A stretch of 44,568 nucleotides of DNA, taken from a virus. A program made the translations under genes and the position numbers. Of the stretch, positions 25,498-34,403 are shown piece after piece (positions within the stretch are counted from its first letter, which is position 1; the number at the start of each line of letters is the position of its first letter). Below the pieces are notes generated by a model, which ran no database searches, was not told the origin of the DNA, and saw only the letters and a program-made list of their open reading frames with translations. The stretch lies in the UHGV virus genome UHGV-0171754; one strand, given 5' to 3'.

Positions 25498-26099
25498 TGA
25501 AACATTGTGGGCGTTGTAATACGGATAAAGATGAGTCCGCTTTCAACAAGGGTCAGTCGTGGTGCGCCAAATGCATGGCGGCGTATAAGAAAGAGAGACG
25601 GGATAAGGAAAGAGGAGCGCCGCCGCGCGAAGTATGGCGAGAGTATACCGGGGAAGTCGTAACATGCCGTACGTGCGGAGAGCGCAAGCGGCTCACGCCG
25701 GAAAACTTCCGGCCCGGAAACCGGGCAAGCCAGTCTCATATTCGTAAAGAATGCCGGTTGTGCGCTAATAAGTCCCGCCGTGAGTACAACCACCGGTCAC
25801 CAGAGGTCCGCGCATACTATAAGCTCTTTCAGTACCGTAAGGCGGACGAAAGGAAGGGGTTAAAAACCGACCTTACCACCGAGGACGTGCTACGCCTTAC
25901 TTCTCAGCCATGCGCGTACTGCGGATTCACCGGCGACAATGGCGCGGACCGACTCGACAACGCAGTAGGCCATACGAAAGATAACTGCGTACCGTGCTGC
26001 GTAGAGTGCAACATAGCCCGCGGTGACCGGTTTACCCCGGACGAAATGAAGAAGTTTATTGGGCCTGCCATAGCTGCCGTAAGGAAAAGCCGACAATGA
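25498..26099 (+). CDS. HNH endonuclease with N-terminal Cys-rich zinc-ribbon region
   Basis: 200 aa from ATG (MKHCGRCNTDKD) with GGGGG RBS; C-terminal CAYCGFTGDNGADRLDNAVGHTKDNCVPCCVECNIARGD. Confidence 0.6.
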
Positions 26100-26374
26100 C
26101 ACCAGAAGGCAAGATCCAAAGTCACCTTATGAAGTTGGTTAAAGCCGTAGGCGGATTCTGCCGTAAAGTGGCATGGGAGGGGCGCGCGGGTGCGCCCGAT
26201 CTGATTATCATCATCAACGGCAAAATAGTGTTCGTCGAAGTGAAGCGCCCAGGCGGCAAACCGAAGCCGCACCAGATACGAGAACATGAGCGAATGGCCC
26301 GCCGCGGTGCGGACGTTCGCGTTATCGACAACATAGCAGACTGTGATTTATTGGTTGCTGAGTTGGTCGCGTAG
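26096..26374 (+). CDS. VRR-NUC domain nuclease
   Basis: 92 aa; PDLIIIINGKIVFVEVKRPGGKPKPHQ signature; start overlaps upstream stop (ATGA). Confidence 0.65.
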   Translation: MTPEGKIQSHLMKLVKAVGGFCRKVAWEGRAGAPDLIIIINGKIVFVEVKRPGGKPKPHQIREHERMARRGADVRVIDNIADCDLLVAELVA

Positions 26375-26414
26375 CGGTATAGTGGGCCGGTTAGCACTAT
26401 CGAGGATTTTAGAA

Positions 26415-26588
26415 ATGGTTGAAGAAAAACGTTGCAGTAATTGCGGCTGCGTTAAACCGCTGTCCCAGTTCCATAAATACACCGGTAAGACTGCGCGAAG
26501 CCCGGACGGGTATCGGGCAGAGTGCAAATCGTGCCGCAATAAAAAAGAGCGCGAACGGCAGCGCCGCTACCGAGCAGAGCAAAAATAA
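26415..26588 (+). CDS. Small zinc-ribbon protein (57 aa)
   Basis: ATG (MVEEKRCSNCGC) with GAGGA RBS; CxxC...CxxC pattern resembling the N-terminus of the HNH protein. Confidence 0.4.
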   Translation: MVEEKRCSNCGCVKPLSQFHKYTGKTARSPDGYRAECKSCRNKKERERQRRYRAEQK

Positions 26589-26631
26589 TTAATACGGCGG
26601 GCTTGTCCCGCCATTTTTTGGAGACATGACG

Positions 26632-26850
26632 ATGAAAGAACATTATCGACTCACCACACTGGGCGAATGCAAACCAGGCGATCGCGTATGGTTTATCGCG
26701 GGCATGAATAACCCGCTGCCGTTAACGGTGTGCTGGCAAAAATTTAATAGCTTCCGGGCGACGGGTGTACACATCGGACACAGCACCAACTATGACGCCA
26801 CAAAAAGGAACTGGAACAGTGAAACCGAAGTCTGGAAAAAGGCGGAATAA
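26632..26850 (+). CDS. Small hypothetical protein (72 aa)
   Basis: ATG (MKEHYRLTTL) with GGAGA RBS. Confidence 0.4.
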   Translation: MKEHYRLTTLGECKPGDRVWFIAGMNNPLPLTVCWQKFNSFRATGVHIGHSTNYDATKRNWNSETEVWKKAE

Positions 26851-26854
26851 AGAT

Positions 26855-28279
26855 ATGGCACGTTTCCGACGTCGCGAATATCAGAAGTTGATAACCGCGT
26901 TCATCCTCAAGCATAAGCGATGCAATATATGGGCGACAATGGGGTCGGGTAAAACCGGCGCGACCATGTGGGCGCTGAATAAAATGTTCCAGACCGGTAT
27001 CCTGTCCAACCAGGAGGACCGCGTACTGGTGCTGGCCCCGCTGCGCGTTGCATCTGGCACATGGCCCCCGGAACAGGAAAAATGGCGATTCCCCGCCTTG
27101 CTGGTAGTAGACGGCACCGGGTCTGAAAAAGACCGTATAGCCGCGCTTGAGAGCGGCGCTAACGTAGTTTGTGTTAACTATGATGTAGTTGAGTGGCTGG
27201 TTGACTATTACGGCGATGCGTGGCCCTTTACGGTCGTTGTTGCCGATGAATCCACTAAGCTGAAAGGTTATCGAAGCAAGCAGGGAAGTAAGCGTGCCCG
27301 TGCGCTGGCAGCGATCGCACATAAGCACGTCAAGCGCTGGATTAACCTGACCGGCACACCCGCACCAAACGGACTGAAAGACCTGTGGGGTCAGACGTGG
27401 TTTGTCGACGGCGGCGAACGCCTCGGCAGTAGTTATAAGGCATTCACTGATCGCTGGTTTATTAGCAAGCCTGTTAAGCCTGGCAGCTTTACTATGCAGC
27501 ACGCCCCGCTTAAGAACTCCGAGAAAGAAATACAACAACGCCTGTCTGACGTATCGCTCACCGTTGATGCGGCTGAATACTTCGGATGTGACAAGCCAAT
27601 CTATACGCCGGTTGTTGTGGACCTGCCGAAGAAAGCCCGCAAGATCTACGACCAGTTTGAAAGCGAGCTATTTGCCGAACTGGAAAGCGGAACGGTGGAG
27701 GCGGCGAACGCTGCTTCGAAGACCATTAAGTGCCTTCAGCTTGCTTCCGGGGCCGTGTATAAGGTCGACGAAGACGGCGAACGGACCGACGAATGGGTGA
27801 AAATTCACGACGCTAAACTGGACGCGCTGGAAAGTATCATGGAGGAGTTGAACGGCGCACCGTTGCTCGTCGCGTACCAATACAAGCATGATCTGGCGCG
27901 TCTCAAGAAGAAATTCCCGCACGGCGTTGCGTTGGGCAAGGGCAAGCAGGGCAATAAGGATATGGAAGCGTGGAATAGGGGCGAGATCCCCATCATGTTT
28001 GCGCACCCTGCCTCGGCGGGTCACGGCCTCAACCTGCAGGATGGCGGGCACCACCTTGCTATCTTCTCCGATACCTGGAACTTTGAGCACTTTTCGCAGA
28101 TCGTGGAGCGTATAGGGCCGGTTCGCCAGATGCAAGCCGGACACCCCCGTCCAGTATTCGTCTATATTATCCAGGCGCGCGGGACACTGGACGAACTGGT
28201 CGCCGAGCGTCGCGACAGTAAGCGAGATATTCAGGACGACTTGATGGAATACATGAAAGCTAAAAAGGCGCGCAAATGA
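26855..28279 (+). CDS. SNF2-family (superfamily 2) helicase
   Basis: 474 aa from ATG (MARFRRREYQ); motif I ATMGSGKTG, motif II VVADESTKL, motif III LTGTPAPNG. Confidence 0.75.
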   Translation: MARFRRREYQKLITAFILKHKRCNIWATMGSGKTGATMWALNKMFQTGILSNQEDRVLVLAPLRVASGTWPPEQEKWRFPALLVVDGTGSEKDRIAALESGANVVCVNYDVVEWLVDYYGDAWPFTVVVADESTKLKGYRSKQGSKRARALAAIAHKHVKRWINLTGTPAPNGLKDLWGQTWFVDGGERLGSSYKAFTDRWFISKPVKPGSFTMQHAPLKNSEKEIQQRLSDVSLTVDAAEYFGCDKPIYTPVVVDLPKKARKIYDQFESELFAELESGTVEAANAASKTIKCLQLASGAVYKVDEDGERTDEWVKIHDAKLDALESIMEELNGAPLLVAYQYKHDLARLKKKFPHGVALGKGKQGNKDMEAWNRGEIPIMFAHPASAGHGLNLQDGGHHLAIFSDTWNFEHFSQIVERIGPVRQMQAGHPRPVFVYIIQARGTLDELVAERRDSKRDIQDDLMEYMKAKKARK

Positions 28280-28971
28280 TTATCTGGTCATTATTTGACG
28301 GCAGCGGCTTGATGATTGAGCGTGCTGCCGAGATGGGTCATAAGTGTTTTTGCTTCAACTACTCCGAAGCCGACCACGGATCGTACCTGGACTACCGGAT
28401 TTATGGGCGCGGGATCCGCTATCGTAATGAGTTTATAGACCTGGACTTCGTGGACCGCGCGATGAATGGTGATTTCGGTACGCCGGATATCATATATGCG
28501 TTCCCTCCGTGTACGGATCTGGCAGTTAGCGGTGCGCCCGCTTTTCCGCGCAAGCGGGCTAAAGACCCTGCCTTTCAGCTTAAGGCGGTGCGCACCGCGA
28601 AGATTGCCGCTTACCTGGGTGATTTCTTTGAGGTGCCATATATGATTGAGAATCCGCGCAGCGTGCTATCCACTCAATGGCGTAAGCCGGACCACTCGTT
28701 TGACCCGTGGGAGTATGGTGGCTATTTGCCAGAGGATGACGTACACCCGTTATTCCCTGAATACATCAACGCCCGCGATTCATATCCGAAGCTGACCTGC
28801 TTATGGACCGGCAACGGCTTCCGTATGCCAGAGAAGAAACCTGTTTTCGTTGAAAAAGGGTACTCGAAGCAGTATAGTCGCCTCGGGGGCAAATCTGCCC
28901 GCACCAAATTAATCAGGTCGCTCACCCCGCGCGGCTTCGCGATAGCGGTCAATGAGGAAAATTTAAAATGA
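28276..28971 (+). CDS. Short DNA cytosine-C5 methyltransferase-like protein
   Basis: 231 aa; motif I-like SLFDGSG, motif IV-like FPPCTDLAVSG (Pro-Cys), motif VI-like ENPRSVL; no obvious target-recognition domain. Confidence 0.5.
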   Translation: MIIWSLFDGSGLMIERAAEMGHKCFCFNYSEADHGSYLDYRIYGRGIRYRNEFIDLDFVDRAMNGDFGTPDIIYAFPPCTDLAVSGAPAFPRKRAKDPAFQLKAVRTAKIAAYLGDFFEVPYMIENPRSVLSTQWRKPDHSFDPWEYGGYLPEDDVHPLFPEYINARDSYPKLTCLWTGNGFRMPEKKPVFVEKGYSKQYSRLGGKSARTKLIRSLTPRGFAIAVNEENLK

Positions 28972-29291
28972 ATACTACATTCGAAGCCATCGACTTTTCC
29001 GTGGCAATGACCAATCAGCTTTTTTCCTACGACAGCAAGACCGGCGTCATTCGCCTGAAATCCACAGGCTGCAAGATCGGCAACCTTAACACTGCCGATG
29101 GTGGCACGCGCATCGAGTGCAACGGCAAGACGCTGTCTGGAGCGCGCGTGGCGTGGATTATCGCGACAGGCAATACAATCCCTCCAGGCTACGCCGTTGT
29201 GTGTCGCCAGCGCACGCCAGGGCACTATGGCAACCGCATTAGTAACCTGTATCTGGTAGACGTTGCGCGCGACCCAAATTTTTATTCGTAA
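28968..29291 (+). CDS. Putative HNH-type homing endonuclease-like protein
   Basis: 107 aa; FSYDSKTGVIRLKS and HYGNRISNLYLVD segments resemble HNH endonuclease N- and C-terminal motifs. Confidence 0.35.
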   Translation: MNTTFEAIDFSVAMTNQLFSYDSKTGVIRLKSTGCKIGNLNTADGGTRIECNGKTLSGARVAWIIATGNTIPPGYAVVCRQRTPGHYGNRISNLYLVDVARDPNFYS

Positions 29292-29296
29292 ATTGG

Positions 29297-29325
29297 TTGC
29301 ATAACCGTATTGGTTGCATTATATT
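29297..29325 (+). promoter_or_regulatory. Candidate promoter (TTGCAT-17-TATATT) with two direct TTGGTTGC octamers
   Basis: Octamers at 29295-29302 and 29310-29317; second ends 2 nt before the -10, same spacing as at 5874/5884 and 31235/31245. Confidence 0.45.
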
Positions 29326-29372
29326 GAGGGTGTCCGGTTTGGACGCCCTTTTTAATACCCGGAGACAGTGAT

Positions 29373-29624
29373 ATGAAATCATTATTTTTCGACTACGACG
29401 GCGACCTTCGATTTTGGGTGCTCCTCACCCTCATGATTGCCGTTTGTGTTTGCGTACCTGCCGCTGGTGTCGCGGGTGCCTACTACTCGGAACGCTACGA
29501 ATGCCGGACTGTGTACGCAGAGCAAACAGGTCGCAACACCCAATGGCGCTATGGTGTCTGCTGGTTAGAGATGGACGGCAAATTTATCCCCCGCGATGAA
29601 ATCCGCACTACGGAGACTAAATAG
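29373..29624 (+). CDS. Small membrane protein (83 aa)
   Basis: GGAGA RBS; hydrophobic segment WVLLTLMIAVCVCVPAAGVAGAYY. Confidence 0.5.
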   Translation: MKSLFFDYDGDLRFWVLLTLMIAVCVCVPAAGVAGAYYSERYECRTVYAEQTGRNTQWRYGVCWLEMDGKFIPRDEIRTTETK

Positions 29625-30089
29625 ATGAAAATTTTACAAGAAGAAAAAGATTACTGGGCCGCGCAATGCCTCGAAGCCCGCGAACAGGCCGAACGTGCGA
29701 ACGCGTTGGCCGACACCAACCAGGCTCTCTATGAAGGCGAGAAGAAAGTGCGCGAGGAATTAGCGGAACGCTTCGTACTTCTCTTCGAACTGATGGGGAT
29801 TATGCAGCGCACCGGATACACAACCAGCGTTGCGCTAAACCGCATCACTGCCGACGGGCTGCGTGAGCACTGCAAACGTGCGGAGGAGTACGTGCGACCG
29901 AAGGGTCGCACGTCTGAGATCGACCGTAAAGACTTGGTGCTTATGGCGTGGCGCAACCCTACAAACGGCAGCTTCTACCCGGACGCTCGCCCGCTTAGTG
30001 CCGAGGAGACAAAGCGCGTGCAACGCATTCTCAAGACCGGCAATAAAATCGCCCTGTATGCGATAGACACCGACCATGCAGAAGAGTGA
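29625..30089 (+). CDS. Hypothetical protein (154 aa)
   Basis: GGAGA RBS; ATG directly after upstream stop. Confidence 0.5.
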   Translation: MKILQEEKDYWAAQCLEAREQAERANALADTNQALYEGEKKVREELAERFVLLFELMGIMQRTGYTTSVALNRITADGLREHCKRAEEYVRPKGRTSEIDRKDLVLMAWRNPTNGSFYPDARPLSAEETKRVQRILKTGNKIALYAIDTDHAEE

Positions 30090-30561
30090 GCAAAAAGATA
30101 GCTGGCGCACGCCGCCAGCTTTATTTAAACCGCTGCGCCGGAAGTACAGATTCCGTTATGACATGGCGGCGAGCGATGCCAACCACCTGTTACCGCGTTA
30201 CTTCACGGCGGAGCACAGCGCGCTCGATGTGGACTGGTCAGAGTTGAAAGGGTGGAAGTGGTGCAACCCGCCGTATTCCGATCCGCTGCCGTGGGTCGAG
30301 TGTGCGGCGCATGGACGCCGTACTGTCATGCTACTGAATCAGGACACGTCGACGAAGTGGGCGAAGCTGGCCAGGAAGACCGCAAACCTGATAATTCTTC
30401 TGGACTGGCGTATCAGATTTATACACGCTGTAACCGGTGAAGTCGGGCCGAGCAATAACAAGTGCCAGCAATTGGTAATCTTTGACGAAGCGCCGCCCCG
30501 CGGCAGCGCACAAATTGAAATAATGAGCGAGAGTGAGCTACATGAATATCTTAGTCGTTGA
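30076..30561 (+). CDS. DNA N6-adenine methyltransferase (phage Dam-like)
   Basis: 161 aa; N-terminal WRTPPALF and catalytic NPPYS motifs. Confidence 0.7.
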   Translation: MQKSEQKDSWRTPPALFKPLRRKYRFRYDMAASDANHLLPRYFTAEHSALDVDWSELKGWKWCNPPYSDPLPWVECAAHGRRTVMLLNQDTSTKWAKLARKTANLIILLDWRIRFIHAVTGEVGPSNNKCQQLVIFDEAPPRGSAQIEIMSESELHEYLSR

Positions 30562-30766
30562 CCGCAGTATGCGCGTCGTGGACGAAATTGTTAAACGCTA
30601 CCAAATTAACCCGAGGGAGAACAAAGTGCGGCGGGTCAGTCGCCCGGAGCAATTGCTCGGCATGGACCTTACCGGCTGGCTTGTAATGACCGCCCGTTGT
30701 CATCTTGTGTGTGACGCTTTTTCTGCCCGTGTTGTTCGTATGAATCTGATCGAGGAGTTGAAATGA
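30542..30766 (+). CDS. Small hypothetical protein (74 aa)
   Basis: ATG (MNILVVDRS); start uncertain (GTG 9 nt upstream also possible). Confidence 0.35.
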   Translation: MNILVVDRSMRVVDEIVKRYQINPRENKVRRVSRPEQLLGMDLTGWLVMTARCHLVCDAFSARVVRMNLIEELK

Positions 30767-31233
30767 AATTACTGATTTGCGATTTGGATGGCGTTATTAA
30801 CGGTTCAAGCGATGCGCGTGCCGACCTGGTGCCTGGGATAAAAACTAAATCCACCTTTTGGGCGAAGTGGCACAAGGCGCACGTCCGCGAAGATCTGAAC
30901 ATGGATATGCTGCCGCTGCTGACCATGTACAAAGAGCAAGGCTTCGAAATCGCGTATCTGACCAACCGGCAGCGGGAATGCTGGGAAACCACCGCCGAAC
31001 AACTGGAAGTATTCCCGACAGGCCGGTTGTTTATGCGCCACATGCTGGACGATACCCCGCCGCCAGAGTTTAAGGCGTGCGCCGTGTTCAAAATGGTCTG
31101 CTATGCGGACGTGTCGGAACTGGTCATCATTGAAGATTGCGAGAAGAACATCGCGGCAATTCGTCGGGCGTGTGGCGATTTGGTCCCGAAAATTTACGCA
31201 ATAAACGTTGCAAAATTCACTTGCAACCAATAG
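30763..31233 (+). CDS. HAD-superfamily phosphatase-like protein (possible nucleotidase)
   Basis: 156 aa; N-terminal LICDLDGVIN resembles the HAD motif I (DxDG). Confidence 0.45.
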   Translation: MKLLICDLDGVINGSSDARADLVPGIKTKSTFWAKWHKAHVREDLNMDMLPLLTMYKEQGFEIAYLTNRQRECWETTAEQLEVFPTGRLFMRHMLDDTPPPEFKACAVFKMVCYADVSELVIIEDCEKNIAAIRRACGDLVPKIYAINVAKFTCNQ

Positions 31234-31250
31234 GTTGGTTGCAGTATCTT
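31221..31250 (+). promoter_or_regulatory. Candidate promoter (TTGCAA-18-TATCTT) containing inverted octamer pair TTGCAACCAA-tagg-TTGGTTGCA
   Basis: Perfect inverted repeat at 31222-31244 spanning the -35 and spacer. Confidence 0.4.
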
Positions 31251-31296
31251 AATCACGTCGGGGGCAATATCGCCCCTCGCTAAAAAGGGTAATACT

Positions 31297-31851
31297 GTGA
31301 AAGCATACGAATACTGCAAAAATGCCGCCACCACTATGGAACAGCGCGGGAAAGAAAACGGCTATGACAACGCAAAAGAAGAACGCAGCGCGAAACAAAT
31401 CGCTGCCGTATTTAACGCGCTTACCGGTCGCGACCTTACCGAGCAAGAAGCCTGGACCTTCCTGATCTGCCTGAAGCTGGTGCGCCAGCACCGTAAGCAC
31501 CAAGAAGATAATATCGTGGACCTGGTGGCGTATGCCGCCCTGCTGGGCGAATCTTACATGACCGTGCATGACGAAATTCAGATCGATACAACGGCAGCGC
31601 AATTTGAAAGCCTCAAAGGGCTGTCCGTGCGTCTTGACGGCGAGATTAATGCGTATAACAGCGCAATTCGCGTTGCAGAAGATACGGTGGCCTCGTTCGG
31701 CAAGACTGTTAAGGCACGCGATTTTGGGGTCGTAGCCCAGGACGTCCAGCCTATGGTCGTGCTCACCGGCGAAGACGGGTCGAAAATCTGCATGACGCAG
31801 GAAGATTTCCGCAACATGGAAAAAACACTGGTGACTGGTGCACTTAAATAA
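31297..31851 (+). CDS. Hypothetical protein (184 aa)
   Basis: GTG start with AAGGG RBS; no confident motif. Confidence 0.45.
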   Translation: MKAYEYCKNAATTMEQRGKENGYDNAKEERSAKQIAAVFNALTGRDLTEQEAWTFLICLKLVRQHRKHQEDNIVDLVAYAALLGESYMTVHDEIQIDTTAAQFESLKGLSVRLDGEINAYNSAIRVAEDTVASFGKTVKARDFGVVAQDVQPMVVLTGEDGSKICMTQEDFRNMEKTLVTGALK

Positions 31852-31893
31852 TTCTAATCGCGGGCTTCGGCCCGCATCAATGAGGACCACACG

Positions 31894-32469
31894 ATGTACG
31901 GCGAATACGAAATATCTGGTAAACAATTCCACATGGCGGCAATGATAGCAAGCATCGAGTTTGACCAGTGGCAATACAAGTCTGACGCGTGCAAGCAAAG
32001 CAGACTCGTCGGTGTGCTTGGCGAAATGTTTGCAGGCATGTACCTTGAGGGTCAGGCGGGTGGGCGTAGTTGTATCCCGCAAGGCTTACTGATGCGTACA
32101 GGCCTGTTTAGCGCCAACACCATTGACCGCGGCGATATTATCATGGTCGGCAAGCGCAAGGTAAAATCCGGTCCCGACTTCCGCGAACATGTGATCGATG
32201 CCGTCTGGACCTACGAGGTTAAGGCCACCAGCGGCATACGTCGAGGACTGGTGGAGGCACGTTGCGCTCGAGAATACCTTACCCGTCGCGTTGCAGGGGT
32301 TATCCTGGTGGGCGTATCGTTCGGGCAACATAGTGCCAGCGGCGTTATTGAGGATATTGCGGAGCCATACGTGATAGTGAACGACTGGCCCCTGGTGGAA
32401 GTGGATGGAAAGGAATATTACGAAAGCCCGCTTGTGCGGCGCAAAATGGACTGGGAAAACTCAAACTAA
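31894..32469 (+). CDS. Hypothetical protein (191 aa), possible PD-(D/E)XK-like nuclease
   Basis: GAGGA RBS; segment GDIIMVGKRKV...VWTYEVKATSG loosely fits a D...ExK pattern; last gene of the rightward operon. Confidence 0.45.
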   Translation: MYGEYEISGKQFHMAAMIASIEFDQWQYKSDACKQSRLVGVLGEMFAGMYLEGQAGGRSCIPQGLLMRTGLFSANTIDRGDIIMVGKRKVKSGPDFREHVIDAVWTYEVKATSGIRRGLVEARCAREYLTRRVAGVILVGVSFGQHSASGVIEDIAEPYVIVNDWPLVEVDGKEYYESPLVRRKMDWENSN

Positions 32470-32473
32470 AAAC

Positions 32474-32491
32474 AGGGGCCACATGGCCCCT
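32474..32491. terminator. Bidirectional terminator between the rightward operon and the tail fiber gene
   Basis: Stem aggggcc/ggcccct with 4 nt loop, A-run upstream, T-rich downstream. Confidence 0.6.
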
Positions 32492-32496
32492 TATCC

Positions 32497-34320
32497 TTAT
32501 TTCTCCGCCAACTTACTTTCCAAAGCCTCAACCTTCGCCGCCAAATGCTGAACAGTCGCGACAAGGTCAAGTAACAGGACGTTTTCATCTAATGCCAGAA
32601 ACTCTTTACCAGTTGCGTCGGCGTACTTGCGAACATACTGCGGGTCGATCTCTTCCAACTGCTGCGCGATAAAACCACGTCTGACTGTCTCCTTTTTGTC
32701 GTAATTATAGACAAAGGAAGAGTATTCCATTGCCATAACGTTATCGAACGCAACTTGAGTGTCGATCCTGGCGATATCATGCTTCAGCGCCCTGTCGGAT
32801 ACCGGGGATTTTGCGAAAATATATCCAACCGACCCAGCGTTGTTGCCGAAGGTAATATCGTATGACTCGGCGTTAAAGGTAGTATTCCGAACTATATCGG
32901 CGTTAGGCTGCAGTCCAGTCGCCAGATCATAGTCAAAGACCTGCGAAATCATAGCGTGAGGGTGTGATGACCCCGCAACGGGGTGAATCAACGCCCCGAA
33001 CGAAATGAAGTTACGCCACCCACCACCCGCCGTGCCCGCGCCACCACCAATAAAACCTACGTGGCCCGCGTACTGGCTGTCCATCCAGGTATTAGGAAGG
33101 GTCGCGTAGGTATTAACAGGCGACGCAGAAATGGACGATGGCCTCAATGCTTTATAAAAAATAAGCCTACCATCATATTTAAAGTCCCACGACGGCGAGT
33201 TCACCGGGTCGAGGACGTTAACGGTCGCCAAACGGGTCCAGGCGTCTACGTTATTACGCCCCTGAAGCTGAATCGACGTTCTGTATTTTTCGGCCCCAGC
33301 AACGGTCACAGATGAGTCGAATCTACCGCCGTATACTTCTGCGCCATTCGCCAGATCTGAAGCGTAATTATTGCGTAAACCCCAAATCCCCACGTCATCA
33401 AGACCGCGCCACACCCACCCTTTAGTCGCAGAGTCAAGAGGGTCGACTGGGTCCGCGCCTACGCGAAGCGGTCCTGACGGCATAAGGTTAGCCCACGACG
33501 CACTTTTGTCCGCAAGCCCGGCGAGGTTGCCGGATTTGGTTAGCAGATTGTCGGGGTTTACGCTTTGCGCCCATTCTTCGGCCTGATCGCGAAATCCCTG
33601 CGCGGCAGTGCTGGCGGCTTGCGCTTCAGCCTTCGCGGCGTTGGCCTCGTCGCGAATAGCGCCGGTGTCAGTCTTGATCTGGTTAGTCTGGTCTTTGATC
33701 GCCTGCGTATCAGCCTTAATCTGATCAGTCTGCGTTTTGATGGTATTAGTGGCATCGCGAATGCCTGCCGTATCTGCCTTAATCTGGTTGGTGGCATCGC
33801 GAATGCCAGCCGTCTCCGTCTTGAAGCCTTCGGCCTCATTGCGAAATCCTTGCGCTGCTGCTTCAGATGCCGCGGCTTGTTGTTGCAGGTTGCGCATTTC
33901 AACGGGGTCAACTTCCTTCAGCAATTGCGACAGGTAGCCCCAGGACATACCCTGCATAACTTGCCCGTTCGGCAGCGTTACCGTTATTTCTTCTTCGTCT
34001 CCGAAGATCGCACGCCAGTTGTTTTCGTCCGCGATCATCAAGCGCAACGCTTTCTGTGCCTGGACGGTTACGCCCATCGTCGCCAGCGACATGGTATCGC
34101 GCTTAACACCATCCCACGCGAGTCCCGTTGCCGTGGGGCCGTCGAACGGCAGCACCAGCGTAAGCGCGGTGTCGCTTTCGACGGACGCGATCGCAACAGT
34201 GTATGGCACTTGTCCTACCACCAGCGTTAAGAAGTCGCCAGCCTTGAACGCGGTAAACGTTGTGCCGACGCCGACAACCGCCTTGCTGTTATTCGTTACG
34301 GATAGAGTACCCGCTGCCAT
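32497..34320 (-). CDS. Tail fiber protein with central tandem repeats and C-terminal intramolecular chaperone-like domain
   Basis: 607 aa; repeated ~10 aa units (GIRDATNQIKADTAGIRDATNTIKTQTDQIKADTQAIKDQTNQIKTDTGAIRDEA); C-terminal SDRALKHDI...YNYDKKETVRRGFIAQQLEEIDPQYV resembles self-cleaving chaperone domains of tail fibers and endosialidases. Confidence 0.75.
   Translation of the reverse strand: MAAGTLSVTNNSKAVVGVGTTFTAFKAGDFLTLVVGQVPYTVAIASVESDTALTLVLPFDGPTATGLAWDGVKRDTMSLATMGVTVQAQKALRLMIADENNWRAIFGDEEEITVTLPNGQVMQGMSWGYLSQLLKEVDPVEMRNLQQQAAASEAAAQGFRNEAEGFKTETAGIRDATNQIKADTAGIRDATNTIKTQTDQIKADTQAIKDQTNQIKTDTGAIRDEANAAKAEAQAASTAAQGFRDQAEEWAQSVNPDNLLTKSGNLAGLADKSASWANLMPSGPLRVGADPVDPLDSATKGWVWRGLDDVGIWGLRNNYASDLANGAEVYGGRFDSSVTVAGAEKYRTSIQLQGRNNVDAWTRLATVNVLDPVNSPSWDFKYDGRLIFYKALRPSSISASPVNTYATLPNTWMDSQYAGHVGFIGGGAGTAGGGWRNFISFGALIHPVAGSSHPHAMISQVFDYDLATGLQPNADIVRNTTFNAESYDITFGNNAGSVGYIFAKSPVSDRALKHDIARIDTQVAFDNVMAMEYSSFVYNYDKKETVRRGFIAQQLEEIDPQYVRKYADATGKEFLALDENVLLLDLVATVQHLAAKVEALESKLAEK
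33615..33870. repeat. Imperfect tandem DNA repeats (about 30-33 bp units) inside the tail fiber gene
   Basis: Units such as ggcatcgcgaatgcc(a/t)gccgt(a/c)tc(t/c)g and ctgatcagtctg / ctggttagtctg recur; encode the peptide repeats. Confidence 0.6.
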
Positions 34321-34339
34321 AGCTAAATCCTCGTATAAA

Positions 34340-34371
34340 TTGGTTGCATTCGTGATTGAGCGGTGTAATAC
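34340..34371 (+). promoter_or_regulatory. Candidate promoter (TTGCAT-16-TAATAC) with TTGGTTGC octamer for the lipoprotein gene
   Basis: Octamer at 34340-34347; -10 at 34366-34371. Confidence 0.4.
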
Positions 34372-34403
34372 TAAAACTCAACCAAATATAGGGGGATGAT
34401 ACC

